A stretch of DNA of 64,000 bases from Leucoraja ocellata (lineage: Eukaryota), in assembly GCA_036785375.1 (NCBI GenBank), contig JAWMAR010000545.1:682001-746000 (forward strand), given 5' to 3'. Positions 36,611-50,124 of the stretch are shown here, piece by piece. Position 1 is the stretch's first letter; every line of letters begins with the position of its first letter. Made by a program: the position numbers and the translations under genes. The notes under the pieces were generated by a model. It saw only the letters and a list, made by a program, of their open reading frames with translations, made no database searches and had not been told where the DNA came from.

Positions 36611-39600
36611 CTTAAAAGAAAGAAATACCTTTATACTCAATGTTCATTTATTTTCCATCTTCATCGCAACAATACAGCAGGTCTGTATACAATTCAGTCT
36701 GTGGTAATCCAGACCCGGATGTGTTCTTATCCCCTTTACACTTTGATAAACTAAAGACATGAGCCTCTGTAGTCTAGAAGAGGGTGATATATATGTCCTT
36801 ATTCCATGGAGTAGTCTATTTCGAATAAATGTTTCACATTTGGCATCCAGCAAATGGTCTCACGTTCATTTCATGAATTAATAATTACTTTGAAGTTCAC
36901 CTGAATTTTAGTCCCCGAGCCTGAAATGTTATCCCTAATTGCTTACTTAAGAATGATTCAGCATCGCAGAAGTCAACAAACATATTCCCTGTCCCAGAAA
37001 TTTTAGATTTCAAAGCTGTGAAACCTTTTTTCTCAATCTTGAGAGAAGGAGGTGACTGGAGTAGGACTTGCTGTAAGTGTTTATTAGTTCAGAGCTGATC
37101 TGCAACAGAGGGCCATGTAAGTGATGAGTATGGCTAATCTGTTTTAGTCTTGGAGACACAGGAGATTGCAGATGCTGAAAGCTGGAGCAGCAATCTGCTG
37201 CAGGAACTCAGCGGGTCGAGGGGCATCTGGGTGGGAAACAAATCGACAATCCCTTTACTCCAACAGAACTGGGATCCTGCAGCACATTGTTTGCTGATCC
37301 GAGTTCAGTCTTCATGTCTTGTCAGCCGCGTTGGCTTGCGTAGTGTGTGGCATATGACAAAGGAACTTGTGGATGAATGCCAGGGCACAGGTAGAATGAG
37401 GTTAAGTGAGAGGGAAAGAACAAAGAGGGAGCAAGAGTGCAGGATGAAAGAAGAGATACAGAGAGTCATAGAGTCATACAGCATGGAAACAGAGTGGGAG
37501 GAAACTGGAGATCCCAGAGAATATCCACGCAGTCACGGGGAGAATGTACAAACTCCATACAGAGAACACCCATAGTCAGGAAACAGACCCTTTTGCCCAA
37601 CTTGCCCATGTTGCCCAAGATGCCCCATGTCCCACCTGGCCACATTGAGCCCATATCCCTCTATACACGGATAGGAAAGGTTTAATGTTGTATAGTACCT
37701 GCCCAAAGTGTCACAAGTCTTTAGAACAATGTGTCATGTTTGACAATTCCACTGTTCATCCCCCAATTTCCCAATTCAAGGATGAAATTCTAATGATTCT
37801 GTCCCGCGTCTAAGGGAATGTGAAGGTGTTTCTGGTACACCACACAATGTAACCCCACAATTCAATAAATCTTCCACTGAGAAAAATGTAGTGTATTAAA
37901 TTTCAAAGGGAATGTAAAGCAACAGATCAGGTAGCTCTATGCATCATTTCTAGAAGGATTAATCCATTTATGTGAAGGTTTAATAGACGTAAAAATCATC
38001 TTACAATAAAGTGGTATAAAGCAATTTCATACAACTTACAAAAGCACTTTTACACCAAGGCAACATGCCAGTGTTCATACTACACCCAACCATTTCCTAA
38101 GAGTATTATTCGAGAAATTGTATTATGAAGGTGCTTAAAAATCTTTGCAAATTGCTGAAGGAAACCTTTGCAGCTGTGCTCATGGGGTTAAATATGAAAT
38201 TTATTTTTTCGAGAAGACCTATCTTATCTTGTTACTGTCAGCTCAAAAATGACATTTCCCTGATCTGATTCTGAAGCGATAGCTCTGGGATTTTATTAGC
38301 TGTGCAGATACAGACTGCTGATCAACCTATGGAGACCCATCAAGGACTGTTTTCAATCATAATCCCTGACCCTCAGCAACTTCCTCTTACCATCTATTGA
38401 CATTGACCTTAAACATGCAGCAAGATAGCAGATCCTGTTGTGTTTAAGATATGTGTAGTCTCATGGAGTTTCAACAACGAACGGCTCATTGTCCAAAAAA
38501 TATCCATTAATAGTATATTTTAGTCAATTTACAAAAATAATGGGGAAATGCCAAATTAGGGCTGCTATATTTCACTTTAGGATATTTTTAAAAATGTTTT
38601 TGAGGTAGGGTTAAGGAGAACGTCACTAACGTGTTCTCTACTGCAATTTCCAAATTCCAATCCCCTTGCAGATTACCGATAATCTCCTGAGAAGGTGCAA
38701 AGGCTTTGGAACATTTTCACACGCTTATTGCCGACTTGCTGAGTTTCCAGGGATGGTGTGGCAATGACATTAGCTCAGCGTCACATTGAAATAAACGACA
38801 AAGGTGGAGCCAGACATCATCCCACACCCTGTTTGCCAAGTCACAGGTAACACACTTGCTGTTTTCTGTAGCAATTGGAGGGAACGTGTAAATAACAGAA
38901 CTAATGAGTAGACTAACTCCTATGAAGGCTTCTCCTTGAAGAAGTGGAATCTCCTTGAAGAAGTGGAATCTCTCATTTCAATTTTCTCGGAGGGGCTATT
39001 TTTAGGAGCCACTTTCCTTGACCGAAGATGTCTTCTAAGCCCTATCATGAATAGCAACTTATATGACTCCCATTAACTCAAAAGTCTTTTTTTTTTTTTG
39101 TGTAGTTAAAATTGAGTTTTGATTATGCCATTTGATTATACCTTGCTTAATATTTTCCATTTCCTTTTTATTTTCCAGGATTAAATGAATTTAAGTATGT
39201 CAGGTTCAAACGACAACAGTTTTTCTAAAATTGAATCACTTGATGGCTCTCTTTCTGTAACGACTTGGGATATAGATCATTTGTGAGGCAGCTTCAAAAT
39301 CAACAATTGGCATATCCAATACAATAAATCCTGTGCTCAGTTTACAACCAGGAACTTCTCCATCCCCTTTAACCGTCTCAATAATCAGAGCACTCTACTG
39401 ACAGCAGTCAGTTTAATACAATCAACATATTGCTATGGCCTGCATTTAAAGTGACAGCATTGACACAGAACTTCCGATAAGAGGAGCTTTCTAATGTTGA
39501 AAGCTTTTTGAAAATGGAGGGAACTGAATACAGCTCCATGGACTTTGCTCGCTTATCAAGATGATGATATATCAGTTTAAGTGAAATACAATGCACTTCC

Positions 39601-40462
39601 TCCATTCATCACTTAGAAGCCATATTTTCATTTGTTTACTTGCTGTGAATGAAAAGTAGCAGTGTGATGGCAACATGTGTCGATATGGCTGAATGTTGGC
39701 ACAATTTCATCCCTGAACGAACAGCACCAAAACTGATTGATTGCTTGGGTAACTCAAATGTGGAGTCAAAATAATGCACACATTGACTGCCATATATTCA
39801 ACAAAACAACAGTGTTTATACTGATAAAAATTACTCATGGACAAGTGAAGGACTTGGGAATGTTTATTCCTTGAAACACAAAATAAAGTTTTGGTGAAAA
39901 TTATCTCATGAAATCTTCATTTGCTTATTGACTCTTGTTGGGTTACTTAACTGTTCTGTGACAGAGTATAACAGAGATTTCTTTGGCTGATAGTTCTGTT
40001 GAGAATGCAAACTTATTTCAACCAATAAAAACATTGAAATTATCAGTAAGAACAAAACTCTCTTAAATATCTTCATGACAATACTACTGCCATAGCAGTC
40101 AGAAGAAACTCCCCTGCCCTGAGTGAACTAAATGAATGTGAACTAAATGGAATTTGGCCTTGTTATTGAAACACCTAAAGAATCTTGAAGATCTTTAGCC
40201 ATAGAAAATGGATTTCATACCCATCATTGGTTATCTCAGATTGGTCAACGTGACGTTTTGTTCCTTACGGAGCTGGATGGGGTCTTGGTTTTTACACCAC
40301 TTATAACAATGAGAGTGGAATGAATCCAAGGTTGTATATCCAAGGTTGGTGGTGACACTATGTTTGGAGGGCACTATGGGTTATATGGAGAGGAGTTGTA
40401 AAGGGCGACTGAGAAATCGAGTATGAAGCCAAGGCAATGACAAATGGAGTTTTGTGTGCAAA

Positions 40463-40595
40463 ATCCGAAGAAGGGTCTCGACCTGAAATGTCACCTATTT
40501 CTTTTCTCCAGAAATACTGTCTGACCCGTTGAGTTACTTTAGCCCTTTTGTGTCTATCTTCGGTATAAACCAGCATCTGCAATTGCTTCCTACAT
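40463..40595 (+). mobile_element. Penelope-derived hammerhead element
   Basis: ccgaagaagggtctcgacctgaaatgtcacc...ttgtgtctatcttcggtataaaccagcatctgca. Confidence 0.8.
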
Positions 40596-41009
40596 TTTAA
40601 GTTTTGATAAACTGAAATTTATTTTTCATTGCGACTGAAGAAGCAAAAATCTCAATAGTCTAATTGCAAAAGTATACGTCATTGTTACAAAAGAGTAAGC
40701 ATTAAAGCTAATGGTATGTTGATCTTAATCTGAGGAGAGATGAGACGTAAAGAATGATGTTAGTCTTATCACATCCGATCTGAGATCTTTTTTCAGTTTT
40801 GAACTCCAAACCTTAGGATACCATATATATCCCTTGGAAGGGTTACAAAGAGGATTGTTCAGAATGACATTGGAACAGAGTCAAAATGAAAAGATTTGTT
40901 TGCCAACACTGATTAAATTCCTTTAGACCATGGGCTAATCTAACTGAAGTAATTAGAATGATTCAGGGAATCGATGGGATAGACACAGAGGAGGTATTTC
41001 CTCATATGG

Positions 41010-41525
41010 GATAGGATAGGAATTGGAATAGGAATACTTTTTTGTCACATGTGACTAGGCACAGTGAGATTATTTGCTTGCATACACAATGTATATAAAT
41101 AGCAGCCACCTACAGCGCTGACAAAGTTACAAAACATGCCGGCTCCCACCTTTGACCCCCCCCGCCCCCCCTCCGCGGTTCGCCCACGCCGGGTCCCCAT
41201 TGTCCTTTGTCCCCGCTCACGGTGGTCCTCCACGCTGTGGTTGACCTGCGAGGCATCGCCACTGCCGTGAGGCATCACCACCGCTGAGAACCCATCGTCG
41301 TGAAGCTTCACGCTGCCGTCGTGCCATTTCATGCCTCCATGATGCCAAACCTGGCCCCAGCAGTGGGCTCCGCCGACCCGGACTCCGACTCGCGAGGCTC
41401 CGGCCGTTCCCCGACCCGGGCTTCTACGCGGCGATCCGGGGGGCATCGAGACCGCGGCGCCTCGATAGAGGCCTCTGGATGCGTTCCCAGTCCACAACCG
41501 CGGCCTGCCAGGAAGGCTTCTGGTC
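41010..41525 (-). mobile_element. GC-rich non-autonomous retroelement with Rex1-type tail
   Basis: Minus-strand end tctcactgtgcctagtcacatgtgacaaaaaagt followed by (attcct)n; 3' part homologous to 58985-59165; inserted in an old CR1 remnant. Confidence 0.65.
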
Positions 41526-42834
41526 AATCCATAAGTTTAGCTCATGAATGTAAGCAAAACAAGAAGGCGGTATCTTAAAAATTAGAAGTTCAACGCCAAA
41601 TTGGACAGGTTTGTGTCAGGTGATGGTATCAGAAACAAAAGTGATTAATATAGTTGGGATTCAGATCAGTCAAGATCAAAATAGCAGATTGATTTGAGGA
41701 GATGAATGATCTAGTTACGTTTTTTATTCCCGTATTTCTACGAGAAAACTGTACTTATACTCTTCTTGACATATTGTATTGATTTTATAAGATAGCATTC
41801 TGTTCTCTTAATTGATTTCACAAATGTTAATTAATGCTTGTTGCAAGTGCTGAGCCATAATTCCTGATGAGAGTTAATCTTCACGATTGACCCGAACGGA
41901 ATGAATATCTTGCATTTGACTTGCCTGCCCATTCCAACTTTTAATGACAATGGTGAGGAGCCATTGAGTTTGATTCATAGATTTTAGGAGAGACTTTCTG
42001 CTCATAGGCACTTAGGCTGAAAACTATTCAGTGCCTTTCCTGGTTCTTCAGTGCTCCTGAACATTTTTAAGGGAAGTTTGTGATGCAGATGCTAAATGGT
42101 CACACCATTTTTAATTGTTGTGATTCACTTCTAGAAGTCCTGGTCACCATTGATCAATGGATTGGAATAACCATTCTTCATGACTGCACCTAGACACAGT
42201 TTAGATAATTTTACTTTGATATTCATTAAGGCTTCGTACAGAATCTCAAGCCATCTTCAATGAATAATAAAGTGTCTTCAGGGTTGGGTTCACATCTCAC
42301 TAACTGCTGAGACTGTTGCAAAAAAAATGAACTGCATTTATATAGCAGTTAATGCAATCATGGCATTATACACCTAACCTGTGGATTTCAATTTCATACC
42401 AGTAAGAAAATGTTTATTTCAGGGCAAAGGTTGGTGTTGTTTTGATAGATTTGCTGAATGGGACTAAAGTTTACAATCTCCATACATCTTCAACCTTAAC
42501 CCAGGTTTGTACTCAGAGGTAATTGGTACGTTTTGTTCATCTCTGACCGATTTTTTAAACATAAAATTGGGAAGAGGCTATTTAGCAACATGATTGATGC
42601 AAGCTTCTGTACTCCACTGTGAAAATCTAGACTGAAGGAGAATTGATGAGCGCTTCCTGGAAGAGCTCCCTCTGTGGGACATTGGAGATTTACCAATTGG
42701 TATCCAAAGCCCAATTCTCTCTCTCCAGAGATGCTGCCTGTCCCGCTGAGTTACTCCTGCATTTTGTTTGTATCGAATTCAGATTTCAATTTTGAAACAC
42801 AGTTCTCAAAATATGTAGAACAGGATCAACAGGA

Positions 42835-43146
42835 CCAGAACCAGGGGGGACAGTCTTAGACTAAAGGGGAGGCCATTGAAGACTGAGGTGAGAAAAAAAC
42901 GTTTTCACCCAGAGAGTTGTGAATTTGTGGAATTCCCTGCCACATAGGCCAGTGGAGGCCAAATCACTGGATGGATTTAAGAGAGAGTTAGATAGAGCTC
43001 TAGGGGCTGGTGGAATTAAGGGACATGGGGAGAAGGCAGGCACGGGTTATTAATTTGGGATGATCAGCCATGATCACAATGAATGGCGGTGCTGGCTCGA
43101 AGGGCCGAATGGCCTCCTCCTGCACCTATTTTCTATGTTTCTATAT
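42835..43146 (+). mobile_element. CR1 LINE 3' end
   Basis: ccagaaccagggggacag...ttcacccagagagttgtgaatttgtgg...gggccgaatggcctcctcctgcacctattttctatg. Confidence 0.88.
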
Positions 43147-43636
43147 TTAGTGTACAAGTGGGACATGGAAGATTTAGCATTGAGGATGTGAGTTGCTGAT
43201 TCTCATGTGAGTTGTTATTTCAATTGTATTGGAGCATTATTGGCAAACTCCGAGATGATTGATATTGAATCCTCGAGACACAAGGCAAGAATAGAAGGAG
43301 GTTTCTGTGTCAGACCCACCACAACATTATGTCAGATATTGACATTGATTTGAAAGCCATATAATGCTGGAATTTGAACTATTGAGCAGAGTAGTTATCT
43401 TATTGTAGAATAACACATGACATAAGGAGTCTATAGAGCACATTAATTTGTGCTTTCTCTCTCAGCAAGAAGATGAGCTGGTCTTATTTCCAGCCCTTTT
43501 TATTTGTTCCTTTCAAAGGGTGCTACTGAATCTGCACCAACCATCCTATTACGCGTTCCATGGCAAATCCCAATCACTTGCTCTACGTTGGCTATTATGC
43601 CAGATGCCTTAATCCATGCCCTCTCATTATTCCCCC

Positions 43637-43780
43637 TTCTTCTTCTTCTTCTTCTGTGTGGCGTGCACAGCCTAAAGTTGTTGGACAACTTGTTCTATTT
43701 GATCTTCTGTTTGTGCACGTCGAGTTGATTGCATTAGTCGAAACAGGGCGGACCACGTGAAGGTTGAAATCTTCCACCCC
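43637..43780 (-). mobile_element. 144-bp SINE-like element (Ingi/Vingi-type) with 5' ribozyme and (GAA)n tail
   Basis: (GAA)6 tail; 8-bp flanks attccccc (43629-43636) and atttcccc (43781-43788); no Pol III boxes seen. Confidence 0.75.
43727..43780 (-). ncRNA. Minimal HDV-like (CPEB3-type) self-cleaving ribozyme
   Basis: GGGGUGG(P1) AA GAUUUCA(P2) ACC(P3) UUCACGU(L3) GGU(P3') CCGCCCU(P1') GUUUCGA(P1.1/mini-P4) CUAA(J4/2) UGCAAUC(P2'). Confidence 0.8.
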
Positions 43781-44112
43781 ATTTCCCCATATGCAGTGAA
43801 AACTATTTCTATTTATTTACACTGAAATTGTCATAATTTTATGGATGTTTATCAAATCTCCACTTTTTCTTTTCTGCTTGATGATGGGTAATCACAACAT
43901 CTAGTCACACAACTATATCTAGCCATATATCATTCCAATAAACTGGATGTTTATTTAATTGTTCATTATTCGGTAAATGAATGATGGTAGTAGGGCCAGT
44001 ACTTTTTGCCCAGGACAAGATGTCCCAAATACCAAGCCTCTGTAAAACAGTGTACCATAAGCAGCACAAAGAGAATAATGTGTTGGATGTGGAGATTGGT
44101 TGGGTTAAAGGC

Positions 44113-44373
44113 AAGGACCAGGGGAACTCATCCTTGTTTCATCTGCGGGTGGGGGGAGGAGGAGAGGGGAGGGGGGGGGGGGGGGGGGGGGAGTGGGATC
44201 AGAACTGTAGGAAACAGGAGAGGCATGTGTGAGAAATCCATGCACAACAGCAATGGGGAATCATCATCTTTAAAAAGAAGACCTCTCAGATATTGGAGGG
44301 TGGAAAGCCTTATCTTAAGAGCACGTGTGGTGGAGAGGGAGGAATTGAGAAGAGGAAAGGTGTCCTTGCATGA
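44113..44373 (-). mobile_element. Penelope-like element ORF fragment (RT C-terminal region)
   Basis: Minus strand SCKDTFP/SQFLPLHHTCS*DKAFH...NKD/VPLV resembles Penelope CKDAIPFSQFLRLRRICS..NRDRVPLVL. Confidence 0.7.
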
Positions 44374-47300
44374 GAAAGTGATTGATATGGGTCAACTGAA
44401 AGTGGTAGGTTATATTGCCTGGGTAGCATTGGTGGAAATTGAGATAAAAGTTATCTACCAGAGCTAGTTATGGTCACAAAAAGCTGAACAACAGACATAT
44501 GCATGTTTCATACACCAGTTCTATTAACATGCACCTTAATAAACTCCAGAGAAACAGCCAAGAGCCCTTTGAAAATAGTATGGCTGCACTGCAGAAAGTT
44601 GGCAGCTGCATAAAGGGAGGCTCATGTAACTTAAATTAGATCATTCTTAAATGGCAAGCATAGGTATTATGATATATTTACTTTATAAATAGCCATTAAT
44701 CTTCTTCAAAATATTCCTTAGTACGTATAATTGCAAGTTAAAGTCAATATCAGTGAGAATGTGGACATTATTCACAAACTTTTCACCACAGCAGATAGTA
44801 ATTACAAACCTAAGAACCAAAACAATGCATATTTGTTCCAGTCAACCCCTGCTGCATCTGTAGTAGTCAGTAATCTCCATGGGGATAAGCTTTCACTTTG
44901 ATGTCTATGTTGTACTTTTTTTTTGCTGGATTCCAATAACCAGTAAAGGCCAAAAGACAGACTACAGGCAGTGAAAGCCTCGCTGGTTACAACTGGGCTG
45001 TAGGTAGCCCGAGGCAGTGCTTTAAGACCACAAACCTCTTCATTGATTTTTGTTCTGATCTTTCCATCTCTTTCAATGCAGGCACTGCGATTTCTATTAA
45101 CATTTGCTGGTTACATAGTCTCTCCTCATCTGGATGGAATAATCCTTGAACACCATATTTCCAGTGACAAGAACACGGATTTCTTTAAAAAAATATATAT
45201 ATACCCAATAGACTGTGGCAAATATAGAGCTTGTTGTTTCGGATTTTGCACGTGAAACTGTTTTATAATTTTGTTTTTACTTTTACCAGTTTTCAACAGC
45301 AGTCCATTAACCCAAATGGCTGTGGGCACATCCCATGGATTCCACAAATGGGCCAGACAATTTCAGGCATTCAAGATCACGAGAATGGGTAATCAAACTG
45401 TGGAATTGCCGTGTTGCGTTGTGACTTCTAAGCAAGAAAAAGTTACAAAAGCTTCACTTTGCTCCGAGTTTTATCCTTTCTTCCACTCCCTTTTAATATC
45501 TCTCTTTCCTCGGAATTTAATTTGACTTTTGATTACCAATCATGCCTTTTCAATAAGAATGCCCCCTTGTTTGTTTTATTATTCTCCTTTCTTCCCCATT
45601 GTTGGGATTGAAAGTAATAACACATGAGAGAGATTTTCCTAATGACACTGATTAGTTACTCTATAATGCAAATGGTCAATTAAAGATAAAATGGGTTGAG
45701 TTGCATTTGGTTGCAAAATGCTCTCTTTTCCTTCTTCCAGATCCAACTAGTTTCCTCTTGCCATCTTATTCAGTACAACGTAGAAGATCCTGAGCAAAAT
45801 GAAGTCAATGTACATCTTCATGCATGTGGTTAATACTTAGCATTTTACATAGAAAATTATATTCTCTGCTCCAGTCCACTGCAGAGCGTTTTAATGAAGC
45901 TAAATGCTGGGCAATCACATTCTTCATGCAGCGAACATATTTAACATGCTAAATTACATGCTAATGATGCATAGACATTTGAATTTTCATTCAATTAAAA
46001 TGCTGCAAAAAGTCCTAACAAAAATGGTACCAGGAATAGAGCAAAAGACTGTCAAATTGCACGAAGCTTGGTTTCAAATGGAAAAAGTTGCTGTGTCGCA
46101 GATTAAGGTTAACTTATTACACCAAAGTTTGTTCATGAGTGCTCTTCACTCTCACATGCATACAGCTAAGATTAGGAAATATGTTTGGATGTCATCTATA
46201 GTGGTAATGACGAGGGGCTCACTTCAGGTGAAGGGTCTCGCGGGAGATGAGGGATTAATCAGCCTGCCATAATTTGACCCTGATGCTTCTCATAACAGTA
46301 CGACATCTATTCCTCTCACTATTGTACCCTCTGGGACACGGAGATGCAGCAGTGGTCACCACGAAAGAGGTGGATATCATATTACTCATGTTTTACATTA
46401 ACGCCAGTCGCTAATTGTTCTCAAACAGATGTGATCTAATCTATGAATGTACAAAAGGAAAATGTGCAAAAAAAAAACTGTTCTATACAGGGCACAATGT
46501 AATCAGTTATGCTTTCACTAATGCAATTAATGACACAACTAAGATTGGAGTTATATTAAAATGTGGAAAAAGGAAATGTAATCAAAAGCAATGAAGACAA
46601 CAATAGACACCAAACAAATACTGGTAACCTCATCATCAGAGGTAATTAGATACTATTGATGCTTTCATTGTCTATGACCTCAGGCAATTCTGAATTAAAA
46701 ATAACCAAGGCACAAATACCAGCATGAAAAGATTTTACAGGAACAAAACTGCCACAAATCACATGTGATTTCTGTGCACTAACTAAAGTCTATTTAACTA
46801 AAATTTAGTCCAGTGTGAAATAAATAATTTGTTAACTTAGATTTCTTTAGATGATGGGTATCGACAGTAAATGCACAATATTCAGATAGGTATGCAGTGT
46901 TATTCTATCTAGTCGCCAAGCTGAACAATTGCAAAAGGCAATAAATAGCTGTGACACTTTGCGAACTGAGCACTTCATAAGCCTTGAGTGCAATATGTCA
47001 CATATTTCTCTGCCAATGTATGTGCTACCTTCAGGCAGGCCTTTCCTACCACATCATTCGTGTTGTCTTCAAGAATTTTCCAAATAACGGTATCACCATA
47101 TTACGATCAGTCTTCCATTAGGATTTCATAGCCACATGGAATTATTGTTGCCACTGCTAATTATTTGAGAAACACATCCAGAAGTTGACACCTAATTAGG
47201 ACATTGTTTGTAACGTGCTCGTATGTGAACTTGACCATATACTGTGTGTATATCATGCCTTCATTTGTCTATCTTGGCAATCCACCACAACATTTACTTG

Positions 47301-48309
47301 GTAAAACCACCAAGTTTTTTTTTATAGATTAACGCCGATAAGCTCCGGAGACTTGTCAATTTGTTTTGTGGCATTATAAAAGGGCTGCTTTAAACACACC
47401 TCCGCTGCTGCAGATTTGATCTTGGGTAAAACCCGACATTCCAACATTCCTGCCAGTCACATAAGTAATACATTTCATCCGTTTCCAGCAAGCGAGAATT
47501 GCTGAAAACATAGAAGGCAGTTCCCAGCCGGGAGTCCAGCTCACCCAAAGCCACCTTTAGGCACACACAGCTCCCTTGGAGATTGGCATTCATACCGACA
47601 GATCAACTAAATCAGCTGTGAGGCAAGGGATGAAAGGCCGAGATGGGAGGGATCCAGAAAACAGGGTTAAAAAAACAAGGAAACTCTCTTGTTTAAACAG
47701 TTTAACATTAGAAGGCCAGCAGAATGTAGCCTGGAGTATAAAGGAAAGAGCCCTGGAACCTTCAATTCTCTGTATTATTAAACTTTCACCTTCTGATAGA
47801 GGTCAAGAGAATGCTTTCTTGGCTGTTTCCTACTTGGAATGTGTTTTTGTGTCATACCAAATGACAGTGAGCATTTTCCAATACACAGGAAGCAATAAGT
47901 CACCAAGCATTCATCTAGTTCCAGTTTTTTTCACGTGGACACACATAGCTGAATAAGCTACAAGAGCTTTCGATATATACACGTAAATATAAAACTATTG
48001 TTTTCATTGTTATTACAACTTGAACAAAATAAATACCAAATAATCAAGAAATTTCTGATTTAAGTTAAAAATTATGGAAATAAATGTTTTAATGTTCGTT
48101 ATGATTGGAACATGTGATATCACATGAAAGTCAATTTATAATTATGCTTTTCTATTATTTCTCTTGACCCAAACCCCCCAATTTATCTGGAATTAATCAA
48201 GTGATGAATATTTCTTGATATTTCTGACGATATTTATCAGTTCTAATGATGGTTTATCAAGTCAGTGTTTATCAAGTCAACAATTTTCTTCATTCGTGTT
48301 TAGATTATA

Positions 48310-48592
48310 GTTTTCAGGTACAGTGTGGAAACAGGCCCTTCGGCCCACCGAGTCTGTTCTGACCAGCGATCACCACACATAACAGTATCCAACACACACT
48401 GGGGACAATTTTATATTTATTCCAAGCCAATTAACCTACAAACCTGTACGTCGTTGGAGTGTGAGAGGAAGCTGAAGAATTCAGAAAAAACCCACGCGGT
48501 CACGGGCAGAAAGTACAAACCCGGTATAGATGACAACGGTAGTCTCTGGCACTGTAAGGTAGCAACTCTACCGCTGCGCCACAGTGCTGCCC
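48310..48592 (-). mobile_element. HE1-type V-SINE
   Basis: Minus strand ggcagcactgtggcgcagcggtagagttgctaccttacagtgccagagac...gggccgaagggcctgtttccac. Confidence 0.88.
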
Positions 48593-48829
48593 CTTTTTAA
48601 AAATAGAATTCAAGTATTCAATGTCACAATAAAATATTCCACCTTAATATCGGTTTATTTTTTTAATTTGAAGCATGAAGGTCTGATAGAAGACAGATCG
48701 ATCCCCAAAAGAGTTGAACAGCGTTAACATTTACTAATGTCCATGTGCAATCACAGTACTATTGAGAGAAATTGTCACAGCAGCCAATTTGTAAACCATT
48801 TTAAAATATGTTGGCTGTGGTTTCGTTGG

Positions 48830-49085
48830 TTGCACTCTTGAGTCTGAAAGGGTTGGTTGTGGTTTTAAGTCCCACTACAGAGAATTATGTGTAAATCTTT
48901 TTTGTCTGAACTGCAGTGAGCATATTAAGGCAATGTTTAACTCTTTAAGGTCTTCTTGAGGATAATAAACTAAGGTCCCACCTACTTTCTAAAGGCTGCA
49001 TTATAATGTCAAGATGTTCTTTTAGGGTTGATTTTAAGGACATATTTATCTGATGCCCTGTCAGTATTATCTTTCCCTAAATATT
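48830..49085 (+). mobile_element. Deu-domain SINE relic
   Basis: gagtctgaaagg...gttttaagtcccact...gaggataataaactaaggtccc. Confidence 0.4.
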
Positions 49086-49519
49086 AAAGAAAGAGAAAGT
49101 CTAGGATTTTATGGGGAAATCATACTATCTCCCTGCGTACTCTTGTTATTTATGCTTGTAACTGCAAATTTGGTATTTCCTTACATATTTCAATCAAAAT
49201 AGAAGTGGACAGTGAAGTCCCCAGGGGTTGGTAATATACCTTCAAATTGCGTATCTGCAGATAGCAGAAACTTTGGAAGTATGGTTATAGAAATAGACTT
49301 CAAAGGGATCTAGATAAGCTGGTAGGGTGGAAGGAAGGATAGATGCCAATGAAAAGTATTTTTAAAAAATAGAGAAATCTGGAGGTATATGTACAATCCT
49401 GCACTTGGATAATGCCATGAAATAAATGCTGAAAATACTGAAATTAAAGTGAAGTTGCTATATAAATGCAAGTTTTTCCTATAAATTCTGCAATGATTGC
49501 AGTTTGTAATAACATGGAT

Positions 49520-49685
49520 ATAGAATAGACAATAGGTACAGCAGTAGGCCATTCGGCCCTTCAAGCCAGCACCGCCATTCAATGTAATCATGGATGATCA
49601 TCCACAATCAGTACCCCGTTCCTGCCTTCTCCCCATATCCCCTGACTCCGCCATCTTTAAGAGCCCTATCTAGCTCTCTTTTGAA
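49520..49685 (-). mobile_element. CR1 3' UTR
   Basis: Reverse complement of the CR1 tail seen at 35770-35905. Confidence 0.85.
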
Positions 49686-50124
49686 AGAGAATGCAGATAC
49701 TGGAATCTGGAGAAAAATCAAATTTCTGGTGAGACTTAGTGGGTCAGGTAGTATCTGCAGAGGGGTATGGACTGACAACATTTTGGGCTGAGACCCTTCA
49801 CCTGGACTGGATCTCTGCGTTACTAAATGTATTTAAGCCTAGTTCTGGTTGTTACATTGAAAAGCTGTGACAAAATATTTATAAGAAGATGATGTAACAG
49901 GCTAGACTGTTCAATATCTTAAAGGTGAATAATCAGTGCTTGGTTGAAAAATAATTACCAATGTTTTTGAATATTTTTATTTTATAGCCTCATTTTTAAA
50001 ATACAGAAGGCAACTTTACCCGATCTTTACTTTCTTTGCCCGATTTTTTAAAATGCCTCCTCCATTTAGTTTTGTCATGATTTATTAGGGTTACGGAGAT
50101 AGTGGCTAACACCGTCTTTTCCAA

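Noticed and set aside
38672-38847. Plus-strand exon-like segment (ttgcag...CAG|gtaac)
   Set aside because: Stop codons in all three frames; no other support.
38931-38972. 19-bp tandem duplication (also short ones at ~40122, ~48253, ~35173)
   Set aside because: Ordinary slippage duplications with no further structure.
41045-41578. 160-aa and 92-aa ORFs
   Set aside because: They lie in a GC-rich repeat and have low-complexity Gly/Arg/Pro composition with no domain motifs.
44150-44195. G-runs with G-quadruplex potential (also ~28550, ~57742, ~59043)
   Set aside because: Simple homopolymer expansions in or beside decayed TEs; no evidence of function.
47390-47956. ORFs of 67 and 126 aa in unique DNA
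   Set aside because: No recognisable protein motif or convincing splice context; lengths compatible with chance.
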